DNA of 64,000 nucleotides from Promethearchaeota archaeon (GTDB taxonomy: Archaea > Asgardarchaeota > Lokiarchaeia > Sigyniarchaeales > SOKP01), in assembly GCA_030599585.1 (NCBI GenBank), contig JAUVNS010000003.1:288001-352000 (forward strand), written 5' to 3'. Of the stretch, positions 31,773-41,621 are shown piece after piece. Under the pieces are notes generated by a model, which ran no database searches, had not been told where the DNA came from, and was given only the letters and a program-made list of their open reading frames with translations. How positions within the stretch are numbered: the stretch's first letter is position 1; each line of letters starts with the position of its first letter. The position numbers and the translations under genes were made by a program.

Positions 31773-33290
31773 TTGATTCATGATAAAACCGTGAAGGAAA
31801 AATTTATTTTTACCTTATTTTCTCAACTTATTTCAAATTTTGCTAATGTAATCTCTCATTATTTCTTAGCTTTATTTCTAGAGATAGAACTTATGGGAGC
31901 TTGGGCATTATTAAATAGTATAATTAATTTAGGTTTTATATTTGTTAATTTGGGGATTGATTCTATACATTTTCAGTATTCAGGGAAAAAGAATTTTGAT
32001 TCATATTTTGGGTCTTATTTATTTATCAAATTATTTTTAATTTTCTTAAATTTGGTTTTTTCTATTTTTCTAATATTCATATTTCAAATAAATAATGCTA
32101 TCTATTTGGTTTTATTTTTATGCTTATCAAAAATATTTATCAACCTCTCTAACATATTCATAATTAATCTTAAAGCAAGATTAAAAATTTTTAAAAGTGA
32201 GATTCCATTTTTTCTTGCAGCTTTATTTAAAGGTATTTCAGTATCATTAATTGCTCTTAATCTTAATTTTGTGTCATCTATAATTAATCCCTTAATATTA
32301 ATATCAATATCAAATTGCATTTTTGATTTCTTATGTTTTCTATATTTAATTGTTATTTCTAAATTTAATATTGACTTCAACAAACCAAAAAGAAGAATTA
32401 TATTAAAATATTTGAGAGATGCAAAACCTTTAATGTTATATACCATTTTTTCCATAATTTCTGCAAATATTGGTAATATAATCTTAGATTATAATTTCGG
32501 GGAAACTTCTTTAGCAAATTTTTACATAATAAATTCATACATTATTCATGCGTTAATTTTTATATCAGGGAGTATAATTACTCTGTATTTAACATATTAT
32601 TCAAAACTTTTCGAATCTGGAAATTTTAGACTTATTGAAAAAATTACACATATTGTTGAAAAATTCTCTTCCATTTTCTTTTCAATGATTTTGATATTTG
32701 TTTTTACCTTAAGTGATATTTTATTTTACATATTTTTACCCAATTACCTTGATTCAATTCCAATCTTACTTATTTTAATTTTTATACCTTATGCACACGG
32801 AATTACTCGACCATATGGTCTACATATGATATCTGGAAAAAAACAAAAAATATCCGCATATTGGGAGAGCTTAAATAGTATATTCGCTATTCTATTGATG
32901 ATTTTACTTATTCCAAATGAATTTTTTTTAATTCCATTTTTGGGTTTAGGATCTATAGGATACGCTCTTGCATTAACTATTCCTCCATGTTTATCGGTAT
33001 TTGTATGTCGTTTTTTTTCAAATAAATTCTTTAAGATAAAATCTCAGAGAGAAGTAATATATCATCTAATTATTGCTTTTTTGAATATAGCTCTTCTAAT
33101 TTTAATCCGACAATTTTTAGAGTTTCTTCACTTGAATATTCTGTACATTCTTCTTATAATCACTATTTTAGGGATATTCTTCTTTATGGGTCCATTAGTT
33201 ATTTTTAGATTTTTTACAATAGAAGATTTAAATTTTCTCAAGAGTTTACTAAAATTCGATTCGTATAAAAGTTCTTATCTTGAAGAATAA
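31773..33290 (+). CDS. Oligosaccharide flippase (Wzx-like)
   Basis: About 14 hydrophobic segments, NLGID, LGLGSIGYALA; follows glycosyltransferase genes. Confidence 0.8.
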   Translation: MIHDKTVKEKFIFTLFSQLISNFANVISHYFLALFLEIELMGAWALLNSIINLGFIFVNLGIDSIHFQYSGKKNFDSYFGSYLFIKLFLIFLNLVFSIFLIFIFQINNAIYLVLFLCLSKIFINLSNIFIINLKARLKIFKSEIPFFLAALFKGISVSLIALNLNFVSSIINPLILISISNCIFDFLCFLYLIVISKFNIDFNKPKRRIILKYLRDAKPLMLYTIFSIISANIGNIILDYNFGETSLANFYIINSYIIHALIFISGSIITLYLTYYSKLFESGNFRLIEKITHIVEKFSSIFFSMILIFVFTLSDILFYIFLPNYLDSIPILLILIFIPYAHGITRPYGLHMISGKKQKISAYWESLNSIFAILLMILLIPNEFFLIPFLGLGSIGYALALTIPPCLSVFVCRFFSNKFFKIKSQREVIYHLIIAFLNIALLILIRQFLEFLHLNILYILLIITILGIFFFMGPLVIFRFFTIEDLNFLKSLLKFDSYKSSYLEE

Positions 33291-33432
33291 TCTACATTTT
33301 AGATTTAGTTTTACAAGTAAACCTATTGAAGTCCATTTTCTTCAATTATAACCCGTTTTAATTTCTATTTAAATTTCAAATAATAAATCAATGAAACTGA
33401 AAATTAGGAATAAAAAAAATAGAAAAAAGAAA

Positions 33433-34107
33433 CTAATGATCTTCCTTTTTAATTTCTTTTATTGCAAAACTTAGATTTCTATGAGATTCATGAGTCAAAT
33501 AAATAAATTCCCAATTATATTTTTTACAAAATTGATTTACTGCTTGAACAACCCCATAAGAAAAGCTCTTTATAATGTTTCCTTTACAATAATCATGTCC
33601 AGTTATAAAACCTCCACTTTTAACCTTCAATCGAGAGATTAATAATTCATTTAATGTTTGATCATATTGATGAGATGTGTCAATATATACCCAATCAAAA
33701 TAATTATTGGGAAATTTTTTTAATTCATTTTCAGATCTTCCATTCAAAATTACGATTTTTCTTGATTTAATTTGATCTTCAAATCTATTTTGAACATATT
33801 CCTTTTTTGATTTATTATATCTTTCTGATTTCCAAATATCAATCAAATAAAGCTTTTTAGGTTTGGAATATTTAAGAATTTTGTTTGAAAAATCACCTTT
33901 ATTAACTCCCAATTCTGCAACTATTCCATTCTTAGGAATGTTTTTTAATAGTTCAATTCTATCAAGAATTACTTTGAGATTCTTAATATGTTTATTATTT
34001 AATTGAGATCCACCATTACTTTTTTCAGTCCTTGACAATTTAGTAATCGTAAATCCAAATAATTTTGCTATTTTTTGAATTAATCTTATAATATAATGAT
34101 AGATCAT
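33433..34107 (-). CDS. Class I SAM-dependent methyltransferase (Methyltransf_24-like)
   Basis: AELGVNKG, IDIW, FDWVYIDTSH.Y, KSGGFITGHDY. Confidence 0.85.
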   Translation of the reverse strand: MIYHYIIRLIQKIAKLFGFTITKLSRTEKSNGGSQLNNKHIKNLKVILDRIELLKNIPKNGIVAELGVNKGDFSNKILKYSKPKKLYLIDIWKSERYNKSKKEYVQNRFEDQIKSRKIVILNGRSENELKKFPNNYFDWVYIDTSHQYDQTLNELLISRLKVKSGGFITGHDYCKGNIIKSFSYGVVQAVNQFCKKYNWEFIYLTHESHRNLSFAIKEIKKEDH

Positions 34108-34423
34108 ATTTAATTTAAAGAATGAATCTTTTTCAATTTATTTAAGTATTAAATTCTTTTTACTTTTTAACCTATTATAGTTTAATGGAACTTTAAGATC
34201 TTTCCGCTTAAGAAAATTCAGGTTGTTTAAAAAAGTGCTGGAAAAGATCCGCTATACTATATTTGAGGGTGGAGAGATTAACCAAAATTATAGTATAAAA
34301 TATTAATATAAAAATTATGAATGTAGAAAATAGTTAGAATTATCTTATGATAAGACATTCAAAAAAATTTAAATGATTATTAAATCTCTTTAGTATATTT
34401 CTAATTAATCTAGTTAATGTAAA

Positions 34424-35305
34424 ATGAGAGGTATAATCTTAGCGGGGGGCAGCGGATCAAGGCTTTATCCGATTACACAGGCAATTAGTAAACACCTCAT
34501 TCCCATATATGACAAACCGATGATATATTACCCGCTATCTGTGCTAATGCTTGCGGGTATTAGAGAGATTCTAATTATTTCAACACCAGAACATATTAAT
34601 CAATATAAAAAAATCTTAGGGGATGGTAGTAGGGTGGGTCTTAAGTGTTTTTATAAGATTCAAAAAGAACCTAACGGACTGCCAGATGCTTTCATTGTTG
34701 GAAAAGAATTCATTTCAGGTGAAGATGTAGCTCTCATTCTTGGTGATAATGTATTTTATGGTCAAGGTTTCACACCTGTCTTAAGGGAGGCTTCGTTATT
34801 AAAAGAAGGTGCTCTAATCTTCGGTTATTATGTCAATAATCCTAAAGAATTTGGTGTTGTTGAATTTGATAAAAACACGAAAGTATTATCATTAGAAGAA
34901 AAACCGTCTAATCCTAAATCTAATTATGCTATTCCTGGGCTTTACTTCTTCGATGAGAAAGTTGCAGATTTGGCAATGACTTTAAAACCCTCGCTAAGAG
35001 GAGAGCTTGAGATAATTGATTTGCTTAAAGAGTATCTTAAAAATGATAAATTGCGAGTACAGATATTAGGAAGAGGTTTCGTTTGGCTCGATACGGGAAC
35101 TTATGACGGTTTGTTAGAAGCATCAAATTTTGTAGGAACGATTCAAAAACGACAGGGATTATATATTGCATGTATCGAGGAAATTGCTTATATGAAGGGT
35201 TATATTACCCGAAAAGATGTTCAAAATATTGCTGGTACCATCTCAAATACGGCATACGGGAACTACTTAGAAAAAATATCTAGTGACGATTCAGAGCGAA
35301 TATGA
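34424..35305 (+). CDS. rfbA: Glucose-1-phosphate thymidylyltransferase
   Basis: GIILAGGSGSRLYPIT, YDKPMIYYPLS, LILGDN, EEKP, WLDTGT. Confidence 0.97.
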   Translation: MRGIILAGGSGSRLYPITQAISKHLIPIYDKPMIYYPLSVLMLAGIREILIISTPEHINQYKKILGDGSRVGLKCFYKIQKEPNGLPDAFIVGKEFISGEDVALILGDNVFYGQGFTPVLREASLLKEGALIFGYYVNNPKEFGVVEFDKNTKVLSLEEKPSNPKSNYAIPGLYFFDEKVADLAMTLKPSLRGELEIIDLLKEYLKNDKLRVQILGRGFVWLDTGTYDGLLEASNFVGTIQKRQGLYIACIEEIAYMKGYITRKDVQNIAGTISNTAYGNYLEKISSDDSERI

Positions 35306-35379
35306 GATTTTTTAAAGATTGAGGAAATAAAAATTTTTATTCAATAATTCAAAAAAAACCTAAAAATTGTTAAGAAATC

Positions 35380-36402
35380 ATGAAAGTATGTCTCGTTACT
35401 GGCGGTATGGGATTTATCGGATGTAATTTTATAAGATTTTTACTCGAAACTAATGAAGAAATAAGAATTATTAATGTAGATAAGCTAACTTATGCGGGAA
35501 ACCCTGAAAACTTGAAAGATATAGATAAAACCTATGATTTTTCTTATAAATTCTATAAGGCTGATATTTGTGATTTTGATTTTATTGATAAATTAGTACG
35601 AAAAGAAACTGTCAATTTTATCATAAATTTTGCGGCAGAATCTCACGTAGATCGGTCCATAGATAATCCTAGTATATGCTGTGATACTAATATTTTTGGC
35701 GCGCAAACTCTTTTAAATGTTGCTCGAAAGAATAAGATTGAAAAATTCCTACAAATTTCTACTGATGAAGTGTATGGATCATTAGGTTTTGAAGATCCTG
35801 CATTTACAGAAATAACTTCCTTATCTCCTAATAGTCCTTACTCTGCCAGTAAAGCATCAGCGGATCTTCTTGTTCGAGCATATTATAAAACATTTGATCT
35901 TCCTATCAACATCACACGTTCCTCAAATAATTACGGTCCCTATCAATTTCCTGAAAAATTAATTCCGTTAATGATTCATAATGCTTTAAATGATAAACCG
36001 TTGCCTGTTTATGGTGAAGGGATAAATATAAGAGATTGGATTCACGTAAAAGATAATTGCGAAGCGATTCTACAAGTCCTAAATTATGGAAAAATAGGTG
36101 AAATCTATAACATTGGCGGAGATTCTGAACTACAAAACATTGACTTAGTTAAGAAAATTTTAAAAATCCTTGATAAACCCGATTCTCTCATAACTTTTGT
36201 AAAGGACCGACCTGGTCATGATTTAAGGTACGCAATAAATCATGAGAAAATAACAAACACACTTAATTGGGAACCGAAAATCAGTTTTGATAAAGGTTTA
36301 GAATTGACCATAAAATGGTATTTGGATAATCAAAATTGGCTCGATAATGTGATTTCAAAAGAATATTTAAAATATTATGAAAAACTTTATGGAAACCGAT
36401 GA
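35380..36402 (+). CDS. rfbB: dTDP-glucose 4,6-dehydratase
   Basis: TGGMGFIG, DKLTYAGN, AAESHVDRS, STDEVYG, PYSASKA, DRPGHDLRY. Confidence 0.97.
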   Translation: MKVCLVTGGMGFIGCNFIRFLLETNEEIRIINVDKLTYAGNPENLKDIDKTYDFSYKFYKADICDFDFIDKLVRKETVNFIINFAAESHVDRSIDNPSICCDTNIFGAQTLLNVARKNKIEKFLQISTDEVYGSLGFEDPAFTEITSLSPNSPYSASKASADLLVRAYYKTFDLPINITRSSNNYGPYQFPEKLIPLMIHNALNDKPLPVYGEGINIRDWIHVKDNCEAILQVLNYGKIGEIYNIGGDSELQNIDLVKKILKILDKPDSLITFVKDRPGHDLRYAINHEKITNTLNWEPKISFDKGLELTIKWYLDNQNWLDNVISKEYLKYYEKLYGNR

Positions 36403-36412
36403 ATCCTAATTT

Positions 36413-37339
36413 TTAATCAATTAATTTTAGAAATAAATCCTCAAGAGATGGTTCCACTTCCTTTATCTTAGTTATCTCATATTTCCCTAAAAGATTGAGG
36501 AGATTTTTATAATCTTTTCTTTCTTTTAGGTATACGAGAATATTTTCATTCATGTGATCGCTGTTCACTAATATGAAATCATGGTCTCGTAATTCAGATA
36601 TCAATTCTTGTTTTTTAGTATCAAGGAAAATCTCGACAGTTATTCCAGGTCCTGCTAAATTCCTAATCTCATCTTGAGTCCATATTTTAATTATTTTTCC
36701 ATCTTTGATGAAAGCAATTCTGTCGCATAATTTCTCAACCACGGATAAATCATGGCTTGTGAAAATGACTGTACTTCCGACATTTTTGATGATATCAATA
36801 AACAGGTTGACAGTCTTCACATCCAGCCCCCGCGTAGGTTCATCAAGAAATAAGATATAACGTTCCAATAATAAAGTTCGAGCTAATGCGAGTTTCATTT
36901 TCAATCCGCTTGAGAGATGCTCAACATATTGATTTAGCCATTTTTCGATTCCAAATAATTTTGACATTTCGAGAATCTTTTGCTCATATTTAGGAACTTG
37001 ATATAACTTGCAAAAGAATTTTAGGTTGTCGTGAGCCGTTATTCTATGGTAAAGCATGTCACTCCCTAACATTAAAGCGATCTTTGATTTTATTTTCTTG
37101 GCATCTTTAATGAGATGATGCCCGTCTATAATCGCATAACCGCTAGTTGGATGGAGTAACGTAGTTAAAATCTGGATAAGTGTAGTTTTTCCCGCGCCAT
37201 TTGGACCTAAGAGGCCAAAAATCTCCCCCTTTTTGATGGAAATATTTACATCTTTTAATGCATTTCTGTGTTTGTCTCTTCCTTTTAGGTGGTAGGTTTT
37301 TGATAAATCGAATGTTTCAATTAACGCATCTTTCGTCAA
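36413..37339 (-). CDS. ABC-2 type exporter ATP-binding subunit
   Basis: GPNGAGKTT, LSSG signature, FLDEPT, SH. Confidence 0.93.
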   Translation of the reverse strand: MTKDALIETFDLSKTYHLKGRDKHRNALKDVNISIKKGEIFGLLGPNGAGKTTLIQILTTLLHPTSGYAIIDGHHLIKDAKKIKSKIALMLGSDMLYHRITAHDNLKFFCKLYQVPKYEQKILEMSKLFGIEKWLNQYVEHLSSGLKMKLALARTLLLERYILFLDEPTRGLDVKTVNLFIDIIKNVGSTVIFTSHDLSVVEKLCDRIAFIKDGKIIKIWTQDEIRNLAGPGITVEIFLDTKKQELISELRDHDFILVNSDHMNENILVYLKERKDYKNLLNLLGKYEITKIKEVEPSLEDLFLKLID

Positions 37340-37372
37340 ATTTTAAGCACCATCGCTTTATACTCTAAAATT

Positions 37373-38206
37373 TTAATAACCTACTATTCCAAACTTATTA
37401 TAAACTTTGTTAAAGATGTAAATTCCTATTAAAGGGACGATAATTGCGGTTCCGAGCAGGATGATGAGCTGGCGGGGGTAACTCGCTAATGTTAGCAATA
37501 TGTTATTTTCCGTCCATGTAATTCTGAGGATTTCAAAGATGTGATAGAAAGGATTCCACCATATTGCTTGTTGAATTTCTTGGGGGAATATTTCAAATGG
37601 ATATATCACACAACTGGCATAAAAAACAATTTGAATGCCAATAGAAAAGATACGCCAATAATTTTCCTTTGAGATAGCGAATACACCCAAAAAGAGACCA
37701 GCTCCACTGAAGATTAAATCAATTAAAAGATAAATGCATATAATTAGAATTATGGTCGGCAGCGAGATAGGAGATATTATAAATGTTAATACAAATAATG
37801 CAACGAAAGGAATTGCGATTATGATTAAATGAGAGAAAAAAACACCGAATAGGAGATGTACCTTGTTAAATGGAGCAATCATCAAAGCAGGCAATGTTTT
37901 CCAATACTTTTCGAGTCGAAAATTCTCTGGAAAATCTTGAATTATTCTTCGAAGTAATTCAATATTGAATGCTGTAAAAAGGAAGATAAGATAATTCGTA
38001 TTATTCCATTGTCCGAGATTGACATCCGCAACGAAAAATCTCATTAAAACGATTAAAGACATGAAGATCGGTAAGAAGGGGCTAAAAATGGAGTAGATAA
38101 GGTTAAATTTAAATCTTAGCTGGATTTTCACATTTTTTTCAGCAATAGCGAAAATTCGTGAAAAATTATACTTTAGGAACTCTCTGTTTAAGATTTTTTT
38201 GCGCAA
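37373..38206 (-). CDS. ABC-2 type exporter permease
   Basis: Six TM segments, EK...TL..L..AP, YP, NPF motifs; adjacent to the ATPase gene. Confidence 0.88.
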   Translation of the reverse strand: MRKKILNREFLKYNFSRIFAIAEKNVKIQLRFKFNLIYSIFSPFLPIFMSLIVLMRFFVADVNLGQWNNTNYLIFLFTAFNIELLRRIIQDFPENFRLEKYWKTLPALMIAPFNKVHLLFGVFFSHLIIIAIPFVALFVLTFIISPISLPTIILIICIYLLIDLIFSGAGLFLGVFAISKENYWRIFSIGIQIVFYASCVIYPFEIFPQEIQQAIWWNPFYHIFEILRITWTENNILLTLASYPRQLIILLGTAIIVPLIGIYIFNKVYNKFGIVGY

Positions 38207-38226
38207 TATAACTCAATTAAATTATT

Positions 38227-39204
38227 CTAATTCAAAATTAAATTTGTACCATACTTTTGGTCGTACCATTTTAAATAATCTTCTAATCCTTTTTCTTGGG
38301 AATATTTAGGTTCGAATTTTAACATTCGATTTGCCTTACTAATATCGGCGTAACTATGTAATATATCTCCGGGTCTTGGGTCTGTATATTTTATCTTTAA
38401 GTGTTCTTTATGCGTCAATTTTAAAAGTAGTGTTGCCAAGTTTGTTAAAGTAATCGGTAACCCAGCACCGATATTAAAGATTTCACCCGCTACATCTTGT
38501 TTGACTGCGAGTAGATTAGCTTGAATCACATCTTTAATATATGTGAAATCTCTTGAATTTTTGCCATCTCCAAATATTGTAAGGTCTTCATCCCTAATGA
38601 TATTCCCTAACCAAATTGCTATTACTCCACTATAGGTAGAATCTTTCTGTCTAGGGCCATACACATTAAAATATCTTAGAGAAGTTGTTTTTAATCCATA
38701 AACTTTATGATATGTTTGCATATATGCTTCACAAGCTAATTTTGCTACGCCATAAGGGGAGATTGGTATTCTACACATATCCTCTTTTTTTGGTAAGGTG
38801 GGAGTGTCACCATATACTGAAGAACTGGACGCGTAAATTATTTTCTCAACATCCATTCTCCGAGCTGCGTTTAAAACGTTTAAAACTCCATTAACATTGA
38901 CATCGTTACAATTTTCCGGCATTTTTACCGATTGAGGGACGCTCGTAAACGCAGCAAGATGATAGATGATATCGATATCTTCAAAAATATCTAAGAGGAA
39001 ATTTAAATCTCGAATGTCACCCTTATAGAACTTGAATTTATCGTACTTAAACGCCTTGTCTAAATTCTCCATCCTCCCATTAAATAAATTATCTATACCA
39101 ATAACTTCAGCGCCTTGTTCCAACAAGCTATCCGTTAGGTTGCTTCCAATGAAACCCGCTGCCCCTGTAACTACTATTCTCTTTTCTTTAATATCAATTA
39201 TCAT
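38227..39204 (-). CDS. NAD-dependent epimerase (UDP-GlcNAc/Glc 4-epimerase, WbpP-like SDR)
   Basis: TGAAGFIGSNL, HLAA..SVP.S, ASSSSVYGD, SPYGVAK, LRYFNVYGPRQ. Confidence 0.9.
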   Translation of the reverse strand: MIIDIKEKRIVVTGAAGFIGSNLTDSLLEQGAEVIGIDNLFNGRMENLDKAFKYDKFKFYKGDIRDLNFLLDIFEDIDIIYHLAAFTSVPQSVKMPENCNDVNVNGVLNVLNAARRMDVEKIIYASSSSVYGDTPTLPKKEDMCRIPISPYGVAKLACEAYMQTYHKVYGLKTTSLRYFNVYGPRQKDSTYSGVIAIWLGNIIRDEDLTIFGDGKNSRDFTYIKDVIQANLLAVKQDVAGEIFNIGAGLPITLTNLATLLLKLTHKEHLKIKYTDPRPGDILHSYADISKANRMLKFEPKYSQEKGLEDYLKWYDQKYGTNLILN

Positions 39205-39226
39205 ATCATTTCAATTATTTTTTTAA

Positions 39227-40342
39227 TTAATTTAAAATATTCAAATTCTCTCTTATTATCTTTACTATTCTTTCCGCAGTATGACCGTCCCATTTTTCTA
39301 TATCTTTTCCCTGTTTATATTTATTGGAAATTATTTCTTTTATGTATTTTTTGGCTTTTATTAGGTCGTTTCCTATTATTGTATTAGTTCCTTCGTCAAC
39401 GGTGATAGGTCGTTCAGTGCTTTCCCTGGCCGTAAGAATTGGAATTTTAAGAAAGGATGCTTCTTCTTGAATCCCTCCCGAATCAGTAAGAATTAATTTT
39501 GAGTTCGTCATTAAGTTTAGAAATTCTAAATAACCAATTGGGCTAGACAAAACAATATTTAAATCTTTAATATTTTTTTCAAGATCGAATTTTTCGAGAT
39601 TTTTTTTAGTGCGGGGATGGATAGGGAAAAAAACCTTAATTTTTTCCTGTAAAAATTCAAGTATATTCACCAATTTTTCCAAGTTCTCTTTAATATCGAC
39701 GTTAGAAGCGCGGTGTAAGGTAATTAATGCGTAATCGTTTTTTTTCAAATTATATTTATCGAGCATATTTAGTTTTTTTGCTTTTTCGAGATTCGTAATC
39801 AGTGTATCAATCATTATATTCCCAACAAAAAAGATTTTATCGGTAGCTATTCCCTCTTTTTTTAAATTGTGCGCTGCGCTTTTTTCAGTTGTAAATAAAA
39901 AGTCTGAGATTTGGTCAGTTAACAACCGATTAATTTCTTCTGGCATCCTCGTATTAAAACATCTTAGACCAGCCTCAATATGAGCTATTTTAACATGTAA
40001 TTTTTTTGCTACTAATGCACACGCTATAGTGGAATTAACATCTCCTACTACTACTACCAGCGAAGGCTTCTCTTTAATTATTATTTTCTCAAACTCTATC
40101 ATAATATTTGCAGTTTGAACAGCGTGCGAGGCAGAGCCCACATTAAGATGAACATCTGGTTCAGGAATTCCAAGGTCGTCAAAAAATACTTTTGACATAT
40201 TATAATCGTAATGCTGACCCGTATGAATTAGTTTGAAATTAATTTTTTCCTTCTGAAACTCTTTAATCAGAGGAGCAATTTTCATAAAATTAGGTCTTGC
40301 TCCAGCTACGATATAGATAGATTCTTTCAAAATTCGACTCAT
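39227..40342 (-). CDS. wecB: UDP-N-acetylglucosamine 2-epimerase (non-hydrolysing)
   Basis: GARPNFMK, HTGQHY, GDVNST, HIEAGLR, PEEINR, TDSGGIQEEA, TERP. Confidence 0.95.
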   Translation of the reverse strand: MSRILKESIYIVAGARPNFMKIAPLIKEFQKEKINFKLIHTGQHYDYNMSKVFFDDLGIPEPDVHLNVGSASHAVQTANIMIEFEKIIIKEKPSLVVVVGDVNSTIACALVAKKLHVKIAHIEAGLRCFNTRMPEEINRLLTDQISDFLFTTEKSAAHNLKKEGIATDKIFFVGNIMIDTLITNLEKAKKLNMLDKYNLKKNDYALITLHRASNVDIKENLEKLVNILEFLQEKIKVFFPIHPRTKKNLEKFDLEKNIKDLNIVLSSPIGYLEFLNLMTNSKLILTDSGGIQEEASFLKIPILTARESTERPITVDEGTNTIIGNDLIKAKKYIKEIISNKYKQGKDIEKWDGHTAERIVKIIRENLNILN

Positions 40343-40450
40343 TCTAAAATTTTACTAAAAATTTTATTTTAAAGCTTATTTTGAATAATTTTTTATTATA
40401 GAAAAAAGGAATTAATTCACCTTAATCATCAACATAATCAAAAATTAAGT

Positions 40451-41242
40451 TTATGGAATAAATAATTTTAATAAAGAAAAAATACCTATGCCCAAAGCGT
40501 AAATAGGTATAAGATATTTCCAGATTTTATTGGGCAAAACTCTAACCATATACGGAGCTACAAGAGCTGCAAGAAATTCTCCCGTAAAGATTGATGGTAA
40601 AAGAAAGAGATCACTTTCTACTCCAGCATAACTTATTAAGAAGAAAATAAAAATTCCTATAAGAGAAACCATCGCTTTTGAGAACGATACGATGGCAGTT
40701 GCACTTTTTTCGTAAATACCTGAAAAAATTTGCCCCATAGTTATAAGTGGGCCATATCCTCCACCGCTTATTCCTTTATTGAAGCCTGCCAGAGCAGAAA
40801 AAGCATATAACATTTTAGGTTTCGGATTGAAAACATCGCGTTTCTTTAATTTTATTCTTAAAAATCCTGCAATACCCATGACCATAGCTAATATTGCTAC
40901 ATATGTTTTAATAAAGAAATCGGGAAATTTTATCGCAAAAAATCCTAGAGAAATTGAAATAGTTATTGCTAAACAGCCAAAAAAACCCATATAAAGTGCA
41001 AGTTTAGTGGCATCACTAAGAGGACGGAAAGAAAAATTAACGTTTTTAAATTCATGATCAAAAAAAGCACCAACGAAACCTGTTATAGCTTCAGAAATTA
41101 AAATTGTGGGAACTATTTGGAGCGGGTTATAACCAAATAAGAACAATAATGGTGTTAATGTAGTACCAAATCCCATGCCAGATGAATAATCCATTGTTTT
41201 AAATAAAAATGCTAATAATATAATTAGCAATATTAATTCCAT
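40451..41242 (-). CDS. TauE/SafE family (sulfite exporter-type) membrane protein
   Basis: MDYSSGMGFGTTLTPLL and GFNKGISGGGYGP repeats typical of TauE/TSUP. Confidence 0.85.
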   Translation of the reverse strand: MELILLIILLAFLFKTMDYSSGMGFGTTLTPLLFLFGYNPLQIVPTILISEAITGFVGAFFDHEFKNVNFSFRPLSDATKLALYMGFFGCLAITISISLGFFAIKFPDFFIKTYVAILAMVMGIAGFLRIKLKKRDVFNPKPKMLYAFSALAGFNKGISGGGYGPLITMGQIFSGIYEKSATAIVSFSKAMVSLIGIFIFFLISYAGVESDLFLLPSIFTGEFLAALVAPYMVRVLPNKIWKYLIPIYALGIGIFSLLKLFIP

Positions 41243-41254
41243 CTTTATCTAACC

Positions 41255-41410
41255 TTACAATAAGAAATAGAACGATATCATTGTTAAGAAATAAATAGCA
41301 AATGCTCCTGCTAGCCTCTTGATAGAACGCCTCTCGATTTTCATTCTCTCAGAAATAGTTTTTTCATCTAGATCTTTAGCTTCTTTTCCAATCTCCCAAT
41401 TATTTGGCAT
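41255..41410 (-). CDS. Small (51 aa) protein with a single C-terminal TM helix
   Basis: Below the ORF-track cutoff: MPNNWEIGKEAKDLDEKTISERMKIERRSIKRLAGAFAIYFLTMISFYFLL*. Its stop lies 12 nt before the TauE ATG. Confidence 0.65.
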   Translation of the reverse strand: MPNNWEIGKEAKDLDEKTISERMKIERRSIKRLAGAFAIYFLTMISFYFLL

Positions 41411-41430
41411 TCTTCATCAACTAACGATTT

Positions 41431-41490
41431 AATTATATTTAATGTGATCTAATTATGATTAATTATATATAATTACTGGCAATTATATAA
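41431..41490. promoter_or_regulatory. Six 10-bp-phased AATTAT-type units; candidate operator array
   Basis: aattatattt aatgtgatct aattatgatt aattatatat aattactggc aattatataa; perfect palindrome AATTATATATAATT at 41461-41474. Confidence 0.55.
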
Positions 41491-41621
41491 AGATTATGGC
41501 TTTTTTGACATAAGTCTAATCTTATTGAGAAATTATCTTTTTTATAAATATTTTTAAGAAAATACTTTAATGTTCTTAATATAAAAAAAATATAAAAAAA
41601 CATAAAAAAACTGAATTCTAA

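Noticed and set aside
35302-35346. Possible rmlC remnant (ATGAGATTTTTTAAAG-ATTGAGGAAATAAAA...) overlapping the rfbA stop
   Set aside because: Too short and low in complexity to distinguish from chance.
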